Origin: Calditrichia bacterium
Lineage (GTDB): Bacteria; Calditrichota; Calditrichia; JAJRVZ01
Direction of reading: 5' to 3'
DNA: 64,000 bases
NCBI GenBank assembly: GCA_963796965.1
Contig: CAWCNS010000002.1
Coordinates: 128,001 to 192,000 of the forward strand
Under the pieces are notes generated by a model. It saw only the letters and a list, made by a program, of their open reading frames with translations, was not told the DNA's origin and made no database searches. Position 1 is the stretch's first letter, and the number at the start of each line of letters is the position of its first letter. A program made the position numbers and the translations under genes. Below, in pieces: positions 31,744 to 44,153 of this stretch.

Positions 31744-32097
31744 TCTCATCTCCTTACTTTTAAGTCATCTACGCTAGAAAAAACAAAATTGTTTCAATCC
31801 CAATCAACTTTTTTTGAAAAAATAAAAATTTACCTGATAAGCTAAAATTATCTCTTCGATTAATCTGAAAAATTCTTTAGAGCCTCATCCACACTCCACT
31901 TTATGGTGAGGAAGAAAGAAGAGTGAGCCAGAAACCCAGATTCAGAAAACATTAATAGACCTGAAACACAAGTTTATTTCGCCTTACTATCATTTATAAT
32001 TCATCATTTATAATTTATAATTACCTCTCAATTTGGTATATTCTTGGAAAATTATTATTAATTAGACGTGACAAATATTTTTTAAAAAGGATGGCGT

Positions 32098-33123
32098 ATG
32101 GGCAGCGTAAAAGATTTAGAAGTTATCGAAAAACCACAAGAGAATAAATCCGGCATAGGCCGGTTTCAATTTTCAGACCGGTATTCAGTCTTTGATTGGG
32201 GAGAAATGCCAGATCTTATAACAAACAAGGGTAAAGCACTCTGCATAATGGGGGCCTATTTTTTTGAAAAATTAAATCAAATGGGCATGCCTACACATTA
32301 TCGGGGGCTAGTTGAGAATGGACAGGTAAAACAGTTAAATGAATTATCTGAACCCGTTGATACCATGGATGTTTCCCTTGTGCGTATATTGAGGCCCTTT
32401 TCCGATGGTGATTCATACGACTATTCGATCTATACCAATAAATTAACAAATATTCTAATTCCACTTGAGGTGATTTACCGCAATGCATTGCCAGCTGGTT
32501 CCAGTATTTTCAAACGTCTGGCAAATGGAAGCCTGACTTTGGGAGCAATCGGGTTAAATGAAATGCCAAAACCTAATGATGTTCTGGTAAACCCAATATT
32601 GGACGCTTCAACAAAGCTGGAGGTTACCGACCGATATATGCCTTGGTTGGAGGCCCAATCGATCAGTGCACTCACAGATGATGAGTTAGAAGAGGTTAAA
32701 CAGACCACCACTAAGATCAATAATCTGATAACAGAACATGTCTCAAGGGCTGGATTGATTAACGAAGATGGCAAAGTTGAGTATGGATTTGACCCTCAAC
32801 GCCGCCTGATACTTGTAGACATTCTTGGAACACCAGATGAATGTCGATTTACTTACAATGGAATGCCCGTAAGCAAAGAAGTTGCCCGGATATATTACCG
32901 TCAGACCGACTGGTACCAGGATGTGGAAAATGCTAAAAAAGAAGACCGGGCCAACTGGAAATCACTCGTTCCAGAACCACCTCCAAATCTCCCAACAAGA
33001 CTATTTGAGTTGATCTCTGAATTATATCAGAGCACCTGTAACGAAATCACTCAAAAACAATGGTTCCCCACACCTCCTCTCTCTGAAATATTAAATGAAA
33101 TGCAGGAACATTTAGAGCGATAA
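32098..33123 (+). CDS. purC: SAICAR synthase (long form)
   Basis: GSVKD, FSDRYSVFD, IPLEVIYRN, TKLE, DGKVEYG, GTPDECR, SKE. Confidence 0.9.
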   Translation: MGSVKDLEVIEKPQENKSGIGRFQFSDRYSVFDWGEMPDLITNKGKALCIMGAYFFEKLNQMGMPTHYRGLVENGQVKQLNELSEPVDTMDVSLVRILRPFSDGDSYDYSIYTNKLTNILIPLEVIYRNALPAGSSIFKRLANGSLTLGAIGLNEMPKPNDVLVNPILDASTKLEVTDRYMPWLEAQSISALTDDELEEVKQTTTKINNLITEHVSRAGLINEDGKVEYGFDPQRRLILVDILGTPDECRFTYNGMPVSKEVARIYYRQTDWYQDVENAKKEDRANWKSLVPEPPPNLPTRLFELISELYQSTCNEITQKQWFPTPPLSEILNEMQEHLER

Positions 33124-33281
33124 TCTTGTTCTTTTAGTTAAATCTTTCTCTAAGGATAAATTAGCATAGCGCACAGCGCGCCGCGCAAAAGAAAACCTGG
33201 ATTTGTCTATTCCTTGCGCTCTGCACAAAGCACCATGCTTAAAATATATTTTTTTCCTCAGAAAAAAGGAGTTTAAATATT

Positions 33282-33488
33282 ATGTATTTGAAACAGGTGA
33301 AAATTCCCGGAATAAGCTGTGGCCATTGCGTCCGAACGATTGAATCCGAAATAGGAGCACTTGACAATGTTCTTTCAGTAAAGGCTGATGAACAAACCAA
33401 AACACTGGATGTATCCTGGGAGGACCCGCAGAATTGGGAAAATATAAAAGCCTTATTGGTAGAGATAAATTATCCACCTGAGAAATGA
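33282..33488 (+). CDS. copZ: Heavy-metal-associated (CopZ-like) chaperone
   Basis: ISCGHC metal motif; GGAG RBS; upstream of a P1B-ATPase. Confidence 0.85.
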   Translation: MYLKQVKIPGISCGHCVRTIESEIGALDNVLSVKADEQTKTLDVSWEDPQNWENIKALLVEINYPPEK

Positions 33489-33746
33489 TACTCGGAACTG
33501 ATGTATTTTTCGGATATACCTGGTTACTTGAACATTGGATGTTCTCTGACGGATATTGATTATTTTCACCTCACAATTAGTTCAATATCCAATGCCCAAC
33601 AGTGAACAATCAACAGAAAAAATGTCCAAAGGACTTTATGAAAGATAATAATTGAAGGTGTATGACGTTGATAAGATAGATACACATGAATGTTGCTATC
33701 CAATTATGTTCAAATTTATTTTGAGTATTCATTTAAAATTATAAAT

Positions 33747-36230
33747 ATGTCAATCAAAACCATAAACATCCCCATAACTGGCATGACGTGTGCCAACTGT
33801 GCCCTTTCTGTAGAGCGATCATTAAAAAAAGTAACTGGTATTGAGGATGTGCAAGTAAATTTTGCTTCTGAGTCTGCTAAAATTGATTTTGATGATACAC
33901 AATCAGATCTTTCAATTATAGAATCCTCTGTTTCAAATGCTGGATATGGCATCACTACTTCTACTCTTGAACTTGCCATCACAGGTATGACCTGCACCAA
34001 TTGCGCCGCCACCGTAGAGCGGGTAGTAAATCGTCTCAATGGTATCCTCGAAGCAAATGTAAATTTTGCCAATGAAAAGGCTTATATAAAAGTTATTCCA
34101 GGACTTAGTGATAAAAAATTAATTGTCCAGGAGATCGAAAAGGCCGGCTATCAAGTAGTAAATTCTGATGATATAAGTATATCTGATGCCGATGCTGTTG
34201 ATCTATCCAGAAAAAATGAGATTAGGAGACAGACGCAGATATTCTGGACCGGTGTCTTTTTTACAGTTCCCTTATTTATTTTTAGCATGTCCCGGGATTT
34301 TCACTTGCTGGGAAATTGGGCCTATGCATGGTGGGTACCCTGGTTTATGTTGGTATTGGCGACACCTGTACAGTTTTATGTGGGTAAAGACTTTTATATT
34401 CATGGTTACAAATCTCTGAAGAACAAAACAGCAAATATGGATGTGCTCGTGGCAATGGGTTCTTCAGTAGCATATTTTTTCAGTTTGATCGTTACAATTG
34501 GATTGGCAACCGGGACATCATTGATGGGGGAACATGTATATTTTGAGACCTCTGCAATGATAATTACCTTAATTAAACTTGGAAAATTACTTGAGGTGCA
34601 GGCAAAGGGAAAAACCGGTACGGCTTTGAAAAAATTGATTGGACTTCAACCCAAAACAGCCCGGCTTATTACATCCAGTGGTGATCAGGATATTCCTATA
34701 GAAATGGTCAAACCTGGGGATATCTTACGAGTACGACCAGGTGAGAAGATACCGGTTGATGGGGAGATTGTTGGGGGACATTCCTCCGTAGATGAAAGTA
34801 TGCTGAGTGGAGAAAGTATGCCTGTAGAGAAAGATATAGATGCTCAGGTTACCGGGGCGACCATCAATTTACATGGTAGTTTAACAATCCGGGCAACAAA
34901 AGTCGGAGAAGAGACTGTTCTGGCCAATATAATAAAACTTGTTCAACAGGCCCAAGGTAGTAAACCTCCAATCCAGCGAATTGCTGATCAGGTTGCAGCC
35001 TATTTTGTGCCAATTGTTCTGGCTATTGCATTGGTCACCTTTATTATTTGGATGGTATCTGGGAATGGTCTTACCTCAGCATTGCTTCGCCTGACTGCTG
35101 TTCTGGTGATCGCTTGTCCCTGTGCCCTGGGATTAGCCACGCCAACCGCCATTATTGCCGGCATAGGGTTAGGAGCAAAAAATGGTCTCTTATTCAAAAA
35201 CAGTGAGACATTAGAACAGTTTAAGCATATCAAGTTTATGGTTTTTGACAAAACCGGTACAATTACATATGGGAAACCCCGGGTTACAGAGATCGAGACA
35301 ACCAATGATCTAAATAACAATCTACCCATTTTGCAACAGACTATCGAAAATCTGTTGCTAATAACAGCATCTATCGAAAGAGTTTCTGAGCATCCCCTGG
35401 CCAATGCCATTGTTGAGGAGGCATTAAGACGAGATATTACCTTAGGAACAGCCCATGATTTTATGTCCTTTCCAGGGAAGGGCGTAAAGGCACGCTTTGA
35501 GGATCAGGTAATTTTAATAGGTACAAAAAAGTATATGGCAGAAAACCAAATCGAAACTTCATTATTTGAATCTTCAGCTGAAAAATTAGAAAACCTTGCC
35601 CGCTCAGTTATCTGGATTGCCATCGAAGATCAGGTTAACGGTTTAATTGCCATTGCAGACACAGTAAGGGAAGAAGCAGCTACTGTTATTAAACAATTAA
35701 AGGATGATGGGCTAAACATCTCCATCATCAGTGGAGACAATAAAAAAACCACATCCCTCATCGCAGAGCAGGTAGGAATATCAGAGATCTTCGCTGAAAT
35801 ATTACCACAGGAGAAATCTCATCTTGTTCTCAAATTACAAAAGAAAGGTCTGGGATTGGTTTCTATGGTGGGCGACGGTATCAATGATGCACCAGCATTA
35901 GCACAAGCTGATGTAGGAATTGCTTTTAGTTCAGGAACCGATGTGGCAATGGAAGCGGCGGATCTAACTCTGATAAACAACAATCTTCATGGGATTAATA
36001 AAGCCTCGAAACTCAGCAGGGCCACTATGCGCATTATTAAACAAAATTTATTCTGGGCTTTCTTTTATAATATCATTCTTATTCCTATTGCTGCCGGGAT
36101 ATTATATCCTTTTAGTTATGCCCCGGAATTCCTTCGGCATCTTCATCCTGTATTGGCAGCCCTGGCCATGGCTTTTTCCAGTGTATCCGTTGTGCTAAAC
36201 AGTCTGCGACTGAAACGGGTGAAATTGTAG
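33747..36230 (+). CDS. copA: Cu(I)-translocating P1B-type ATPase with two HMA domains
   Basis: GMTCANC and [31 protein letters not shown] and MAFSS. Start at MSIK (33747) preferred. Confidence 0.93.
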   Translation: MSIKTINIPITGMTCANCALSVERSLKKVTGIEDVQVNFASESAKIDFDDTQSDLSIIESSVSNAGYGITTSTLELAITGMTCTNCAATVERVVNRLNGILEANVNFANEKAYIKVIPGLSDKKLIVQEIEKAGYQVVNSDDISISDADAVDLSRKNEIRRQTQIFWTGVFFTVPLFIFSMSRDFHLLGNWAYAWWVPWFMLVLATPVQFYVGKDFYIHGYKSLKNKTANMDVLVAMGSSVAYFFSLIVTIGLATGTSLMGEHVYFETSAMIITLIKLGKLLEVQAKGKTGTALKKLIGLQPKTARLITSSGDQDIPIEMVKPGDILRVRPGEKIPVDGEIVGGHSSVDESMLSGESMPVEKDIDAQVTGATINLHGSLTIRATKVGEETVLANIIKLVQQAQGSKPPIQRIADQVAAYFVPIVLAIALVTFIIWMVSGNGLTSALLRLTAVLVIACPCALGLATPTAIIAGIGLGAKNGLLFKNSETLEQFKHIKFMVFDKTGTITYGKPRVTEIETTNDLNNNLPILQQTIENLLLITASIERVSEHPLANAIVEEALRRDITLGTAHDFMSFPGKGVKARFEDQVILIGTKKYMAENQIETSLFESSAEKLENLARSVIWIAIEDQVNGLIAIADTVREEAATVIKQLKDDGLNISIISGDNKKTTSLIAEQVGISEIFAEILPQEKSHLVLKLQKKGLGLVSMVGDGINDAPALAQADVGIAFSSGTDVAMEAADLTLINNNLHGINKASKLSRATMRIIKQNLFWAFFYNIILIPIAAGILYPFSYAPEFLRHLHPVLAALAMAFSSVSVVLNSLRLKRVKL

Positions 36231-36325
36231 ATCGTAGAGGGTAGAGAGTGAAAGATGAAGCGTGAGGAGAGAAAAGAGAGTAGGAGCTTGTTAGTGACCG
36301 GCCACAAAAATAAACCACAATGGAT

Positions 36326-36351
36326 GTAGGGACATACCCATGTCTACGCCC
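36326..36351. repeat. GTAG-type REP-like palindrome
   Basis: gtagggacatacccatgtctacgccct between convergent genes. Confidence 0.45.
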
Positions 36352-36433
36352 TGATTAGGCTCCAAATACTCCGGTGATGAAATGAAATAATATCCAATAT
36401 TCAAGTACAAGAAACCGAGTACCTGGAACCAAC

Positions 36434-37156
36434 TCACTTCCCCACCGAAATAAAATCCAGATTGGCAATCGCAGATCCCCCCGTATTATCTGTATCACTC
36501 ATGATCGCCAGAGCTGCTTTTTCCGGACAGGCTCGGTTATAAATATGCTGAAAAACAGAATCAATTCTTATCCGATGTGTCACCCATTTTACACCGCTGT
36601 CCTTTTCCGTGGTCAAGGGAATTATCTTTACACGATCACTATGCGGATTATTAAAATATTTTTCATCATAGATTAAATTTGTCCAAACAAAGCATAAACT
36701 ACTCCCCGGCACCTCAAACCCATAAAACAATCTTATGGCTGAATTGCTCACAGATTCCCAAAATGAGAAATCTGCTGAATCATCATCAAATAGCACAAAT
36801 ATTCGCAAGGGATAATCATCGCCTGATTTTTCTCTACCATCAACATCACATTCAGCATGCTCAATTTGCCAGCGCCATTGCAGTTTGGGATATTCCCTGG
36901 CATTAAACCGCGTTTTGTGAATCAACCCAGATGCAGAAGAACGGCTAATAGCCTGGAGGTAGGAAAGGGTATCATTTAATATAATTTGATAATCAGTGGA
37001 TTTTGTTTTCCCTGAAAATTCAAAACTTTCCCAATTATGCAAATTATCAAAAGGCTCAAAAATGACAATTTGATCATTTAGTACCGGGAACAAATAAGAA
37101 TAGACTAAAAGAAATACATGTAAAAATATCATGGAAAAGTATACATAGGGAGTCAA
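36434..37156 (-). CDS. DUF3047-like exported protein
   Basis: SASGL, LQWRW, GDDYPLRIFV, IMSDTDNTG motifs; N-terminal hydrophobic segment. Confidence 0.75.
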   Translation of the reverse strand: MTPYVYFSMIFLHVFLLVYSYLFPVLNDQIVIFEPFDNLHNWESFEFSGKTKSTDYQIILNDTLSYLQAISRSSASGLIHKTRFNAREYPKLQWRWQIEHAECDVDGREKSGDDYPLRIFVLFDDDSADFSFWESVSNSAIRLFYGFEVPGSSLCFVWTNLIYDEKYFNNPHSDRVKIIPLTTEKDSGVKWVTHRIRIDSVFQHIYNRACPEKAALAIMSDTDNTGGSAIANLDFISVGK

Positions 37157-37196
37157 TCAATTTCCAGGATGATATGATATTAGTGTATGTTAGATT

Positions 37197-38699
37197 TCAA
37201 TTCAGATTTTTTACCAGACCGGTCATTTGATTGAACTCATTGATAAATTGATCCCATTGATGATGTTGATTAAAGATTTTATCCCATATGTCCTGGTCAT
37301 CCCAGAGCTGGTTCAGGTCGTTTACATCTTTTGCTTGTTGCTCAATCCATGTATAATATTTTAGATTATGGATTGCCTTTTTATCCGGATAGGTTAATTC
37401 TTTTAGATACTCAGTTCCTGTCCCTTTTATGCATCTTTCTAAATCCTTTCCAGCCTGTTGGGTGCTATATTCTCCCCGAAGCAGATTTAACTCTACCAAT
37501 CGGGATTGGTACATTTCTGCGGAGTCGGTTGCTATAGTCACAATTACATCATCTTCTGTCATTTCGAAATATTTTGCAGTTTTTATAGAGGCCAGGATAT
37601 TAGCAATAGCCGAGATACCAAACAGAGAAAGATCCGAAATAATATTTTCAGGAATGTTTTCATTTTTTAATTCCTGATGTCCTTTCTCTTCATTGAATAA
37701 ACGTAGTAAGCGCATACAATCCTCATCGTCAATGGCAGATACAACATCCGTATTACGCACATTATGTATCCAGGGCACATGTTTGTCCCCAATACCCTCA
37801 ATCCGATGCCCGCCAAATCCATTCATCAACAAAGTCGGGCATTGCAAAGCTTCTGAAGCAATAATTTTAATCCGGGGATGAATGGTTCTCAGATAGTCAC
37901 CGGCTGCGATTGTTCCTGCTGACCCAGTAGAGGAAACATAGGCAGCCAAACGATTATTTTTATCCTTCAATTGATTAAACATTTCTTCGATTGCAGAGCC
38001 GGTGACGCTATAATGCCAAACACTATTGCCAAATTCATCAAACTGATTAAAAATAACGGCATCGGGACGATTTTTGCGGATTTCCCAACATTTATCATAT
38101 ATTTCTTTAACATTTGATTCACATCCGGGGGTCTTGATAATTTCAGCTCCGATATCTGCCAACCAGTCAAAGCGCTCCCGGCTCATTTCCTCTGGCAAAA
38201 TGGCGACAGCCTGACATCCCATGAGATAGGAATCGAAAGCACCACCACGACAGTAATTTCCAGTTGAGGGCCAGACCGCTTTATGATATGTCGGATCAAA
38301 TCGTCCCGTGACAATTCGTGGTGCCAAACATCCATAAGCGGCCCCTACTTTATGGGCCCCTGTTGGAAACCATTTTCCAATCATTACTAATATTCGTGTC
38401 TGGACTCCTGTTAATACTGGTGGTAATTCAACTACATTCACCTTTGAGAACAATCCTCCCTCACGAACAGGTTCGTTTTTCCAATTAATTCGAAATAAAT
38501 TAAGCGGATGCAGATCCCATAAACCAATGGAGGAGAGTTCACTTTTTATATTTTCCGGAATCTGCTGTGGTGAACGTAATTGGGAGAAGGTGGGTAAAAT
38601 AATTTTTCTTTCAGCAAAATGTTGTGCCGTTTTTTCTAAAACATTTTTATCATAGATTTGATCAACAATTTCTATCATATTCTGGTTCCCGGATATCAT
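37197..38699 (-). CDS. PLP-dependent enzyme, fold-type II (TrpB/cysteine-synthase-like)
   Basis: PTGAHKVG (PLP Lys), PSTGNYC, GSAGTI, HRIEGIG; substrate unknown. Confidence 0.8.
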   Translation of the reverse strand: MISGNQNMIEIVDQIYDKNVLEKTAQHFAERKIILPTFSQLRSPQQIPENIKSELSSIGLWDLHPLNLFRINWKNEPVREGGLFSKVNVVELPPVLTGVQTRILVMIGKWFPTGAHKVGAAYGCLAPRIVTGRFDPTYHKAVWPSTGNYCRGGAFDSYLMGCQAVAILPEEMSRERFDWLADIGAEIIKTPGCESNVKEIYDKCWEIRKNRPDAVIFNQFDEFGNSVWHYSVTGSAIEEMFNQLKDKNNRLAAYVSSTGSAGTIAAGDYLRTIHPRIKIIASEALQCPTLLMNGFGGHRIEGIGDKHVPWIHNVRNTDVVSAIDDEDCMRLLRLFNEEKGHQELKNENIPENIISDLSLFGISAIANILASIKTAKYFEMTEDDVIVTIATDSAEMYQSRLVELNLLRGEYSTQQAGKDLERCIKGTGTEYLKELTYPDKKAIHNLKYYTWIEQQAKDVNDLNQLWDDQDIWDKIFNQHHQWDQFINEFNQMTGLVKNLN

Positions 38700-39021
38700 A
38701 AGATTAAATAAATGTGATTTTTCTGCATATAAATGTAATATATCGGATTTTTGATGATTAATGCAAAAATTAGCCTCAAAGATTTAAATAATTTAAATCA
38801 TCGAGGAATAAATGCCCCCCCTAATCGCCTTATATATCTACCATATAGGACTCAGTTGATGGCCAGCAAATCTCACTGAATACGCTTAGTTTTAAGATAT
38901 GTCAGTTTATAGTAAGATATTACAATTATAAATTTTAATTTTCTAATACACTATTCATGAAACAATTTCCAATTTATTGAGAGATATTTTCTAATATTAA
39001 TCATATCAAGGAGTTATTAAA

Positions 39022-40927
<1,906 letters not shown>

Positions 40928-40941
40928 TACAGGAGAGTTAA

Positions 40942-41485
40942 TTGCGCGTATTTCCAGAAAATGCTGTCGGTCTGATAATAGACATTCAGGAAAAATTATT
41001 GCCCCATATGTACAATGCAGAAGTCCTGGAGGAAAATTGTAAAAAATTGATAACAGGACTTTCCATATTGGAAATTCCGATGATATGCTCCGGAGCAATA
41101 CCCAAAAGGACTTGGCCCGACAATAAAATCAATGCATAATTTAATCCCGGATCTGCAAGCAGTTGAAAAATTTTCTTTTAGTTGTTGCAGGGATGATAAT
41201 TTTCGAAAGGTCATGCGTGATATAGGAAAACGTATGATCATCATATGTGGGATGGAAGCGCATGTTTGTGTGCTGCAATCTGTAATTGATATGGTCGAGT
41301 TGGGATATCAGCCTGTAATCGTTGAGGATTGCATCTCTTCCCGACTGGAAAGTGATAAGAAAACCGCGATAAAGCGGATGATACAGGAGAAAGCAATTGT
41401 GACTTCCTATGAATCAATTTTATTTGAATTATGCCAGCAAGCAGGGACCGAAACGTTTAAAAAGATTTCACAGTTGGTGAAATGA
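40942..41485 (+). CDS. Isochorismatase-family (YcaC-like) hydrolase, apparent 1-bp frameshift near 41092
   Basis: IIDIQEKL...(S)EQYPKGLGPT...EKFSFSC...GMEAHVCV after removing one base. Confidence 0.85.
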
Positions 41486-41766
41486 TGTAAAAAGTGAGAC
41501 GAAAGACGTTAAACGTGAAACGCTAAAAAAGATTGATTCTGTAACATATGGAATTTCTCAATGATCTACCTAGACATTACAAGGAGTTGAAATTGGTTAA
41601 AGAATGTGGGATTCGCTTTGCGTCTATAGAGAATTAAAAGACAGTATAAGTGATTTATGATACCAGATTTAGGATTGATTCTAGTAATGGCCGCTCGCGA
41701 GCGGCCATTACTCGTATATCATAATTTCATGATTTTATTGTTGTATTTAAATATTTGATTATAAAT

Positions 41767-41810
41767 ACAAAAGAGGGCAAATCCTTTATTGGAATTGCCC
41801 TCTTTGTTTT
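41767..41810. terminator. Bidirectional intrinsic terminator between convergent genes
   Basis: acaaaagagggcaa-(loop)-ttgccctctttgtttt. Confidence 0.75.
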
Positions 41811-41881
41811 AATAGGAAATGGTAGTGGCCATTCACTTACGGCCACCACCATCGTGTGTTAAGATTCTACTACACTTCGAA

Positions 41882-42319
41882 TTATTTAACTTTTACTTCA
41901 ATTTCTTTTGGTTTAGCAATTTCTGCTTTTGGCAGATCAATACTCAAAACACCATCTTTGAAGTTAGCGTCGATTTTTTCAACAATTACGTCTGAGTGAA
42001 TTCTGAAAGCACGCTCAAATTTCCCATAACGTCTTTCATAATGATGATAGTTTTTCTTTTCTTCATTATCCTCGTATTTCTTTTCACCGGAAACATGCAA
42101 AACATCTTCCTTAAAAGAAATCTTCACATCTTCCTTGGACAAGCCAGGAAGTTCCATTTCCACATGGTACCCATTCTCATCTTCTGCTATATCCACAGCC
42201 GGATACCATCCCTCACGGTTACCTGCAAAGGTATGTCGTGGTGTGTTGAAAAAATCGTTAAATAATTCATCGCCCATATTAAAAAGTCCTGTTCTTGGGC
42301 TCCATTTTACTAAAGTCAT
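41882..42319 (-). CDS. Hsp20/alpha-crystallin small heat-shock protein
   Basis: PAVDI, ELPG, ERRYGKFERAF, DGVLSIDLPK; GGAGG RBS. Confidence 0.93.
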   Translation of the reverse strand: MTLVKWSPRTGLFNMGDELFNDFFNTPRHTFAGNREGWYPAVDIAEDENGYHVEMELPGLSKEDVKISFKEDVLHVSGEKKYEDNEEKKNYHHYERRYGKFERAFRIHSDVIVEKIDANFKDGVLSIDLPKAEIAKPKEIEVKVK

Positions 42320-42383
42320 GTCGACCTCCTTCTTTATTGGTTATGTTTCTGTTTTAATTAATTTCAATCTTGATTAAGTACTA

Positions 42384-42399
42384 TACAAACACCGTGCCA
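42384..42399 (-). promoter_or_regulatory. Sigma54 (-24/-12) promoter of hsp20
   Basis: Minus strand TGGCAC-GGTGT-TTGTA versus consensus TGGCAC-N5-TTGCW. Confidence 0.7.
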
Positions 42400-42783
42400 A
42401 AATATAAATTTTTACATAAATACATGTATATACTACACTTAAATAGCTGCAAATCCTTATTGTTAATACATGACACAGACTGTCACGGTGGCGTTCTTAT
42501 GCGTCATTATGGCAGCAGCAGGTGGCATATATGCCAAATCCTGCAATTATTTCAGACATGCAATTCCATATTACACCTCTTTTAGACCCAAACTCGCTTA
42601 ATACAATTTATCCGAGATGCTGGTATTATTTAACTGTTTTAGCAGGGAAGATTCTCACAGGTTTGCAGTAGATTTTCACTTTACTTATCACCTTACCTAC
42701 AAGAAACGCAAAGGTAGGATAATGATTTTAATTGCGCCGTATAATTTCTTAAATTGAGAGATTCTCATTCTATATCTAATCCA

Positions 42784-44079
42784 ATGAATAAAAGAAAAAT
42801 ACTAATATTTTGGTTACCCTTGGCGGCAACCTGGCTCATGATGTCTTTCGAAGGGCCATTTTTGACTGCAATTATTGCCCGTTTGGCTGAACCAAAGTTT
42901 AATCTGGCTGCCTGGGGTGTTGCTTTTTCATTTGCTTTGATCATTGAAGCACCTATTATAATGATCATGAGTGCTTCAACCGCTCTGGTTGAGAACAGAA
43001 CATCCTACATTAAGTTGAGAAATTTTACAAATTTCATCAACGCTGCGATCACTCTAATAATGATATTTCTACTCATACCTGACATGTTTAATTATATTAC
43101 TATAAACTTAATCGGATTACCGGAAAGAGTCTCCCAGCTAACCCATATTGCCACAATTCTACTGCTACCATGGCCAGGTGCTATTGGTTTCAGACGATTC
43201 TATCAAGGAGTTTTAATAAGACATAACCTGACACGCAGAGTGGCCTATGGAACTGTTCTTAGATTGATCTCCATATCGCTTACAGCATTGCTGCTTTATT
43301 CACTCACAGACCTACCCGGAGTTTCTGTCGGTGCCATATCTCTTTCCACCGGGGTATTGATCGAAGCAGCTGCCAGCCGAATGATGGCTCATAAAACTGT
43401 CTCAATCCTGATGACCATAGATAACCATAGACAATCATTGTCTTATCGCAAAATATACCTATTTTATTATCCCCTCGCCTTAACCTCCTTACTGGCTTTA
43501 GGTGTTCACCCACTCGTAACATTTTTTATTGGGCATAGCCGCATGGCGCTAGAGTCATTCACTGTATTACCAGTGATAAATTCATTAGTTTTTATATTTC
43601 GAAGTATTGGCTTATCTTATCAGGAAGTTGGTATTGCTTTGATCGGCAAAAATTGGGAGGGATACAAAGCAGTTAAGGAGTTCGCCTTAGTACTTACAGG
43701 AAGTGTTGTCCTAATCTTGGGTGTAATCTCCTTTAGTCCATTGGCCCACTTGTGGTTTGGGTCTGTTTCCGGGCTCTCATCCGAATTAACAGAATTTGCT
43801 ATTTTGCCTCTTCAGATAATGGTTATTATGCCAGGACTATCGGTTCTTCTTTCGTATCAACGATCTATGCTGGTAGCCTCCAGGAATACGGGGCCGCTAA
43901 CCTGGGCTACGGCTCTTGAAGTGCTGGGTATTATTGTGGTTTTATTTATATCAACCTTGTATTTTAATATAATTGGTGCTGTGGGAGCATCTATGGCATT
44001 CATCGTTGGCCGTTTAGCAGCCAACATATATTTAATAAAACCAAACCTGGATCAGTACAAATCTCATTTTAATAAATAA
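42784..44079 (+). CDS. MOP-superfamily (MATE/ANKH-like) membrane transporter
   Basis: About 12 hydrophobic segments with two-fold internal repeat (FWLPLA / FYYPLA); start at ATG 42784. Confidence 0.65.
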   Translation: MNKRKILIFWLPLAATWLMMSFEGPFLTAIIARLAEPKFNLAAWGVAFSFALIIEAPIIMIMSASTALVENRTSYIKLRNFTNFINAAITLIMIFLLIPDMFNYITINLIGLPERVSQLTHIATILLLPWPGAIGFRRFYQGVLIRHNLTRRVAYGTVLRLISISLTALLLYSLTDLPGVSVGAISLSTGVLIEAAASRMMAHKTVSILMTIDNHRQSLSYRKIYLFYYPLALTSLLALGVHPLVTFFIGHSRMALESFTVLPVINSLVFIFRSIGLSYQEVGIALIGKNWEGYKAVKEFALVLTGSVVLILGVISFSPLAHLWFGSVSGLSSELTEFAILPLQIMVIMPGLSVLLSYQRSMLVASRNTGPLTWATALEVLGIIVVLFISTLYFNIIGAVGASMAFIVGRLAANIYLIKPNLDQYKSHFNK

Positions 44080-44121
44080 AAAAAGCGCCTAAAGTGACCT
44101 TACCTCACTATAGACGCCTTT
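44079..44121. terminator. Probable bidirectional terminator
   Basis: aaaaagcgcctaaagtga...tcactatagacgccttt imperfect hairpin between convergent genes. Confidence 0.5.
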
Positions 44122-44153
44122 AGCTCTTCACTATTTTAATTTAGAATACATTG

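Noticed and set aside
30935..31975. Degenerate CCTGAA...TTCAG repeats (also ~2841) as a mobile element
   Set aside because: Too degenerate to delimit, and no associated nuclease or transposase ORF.
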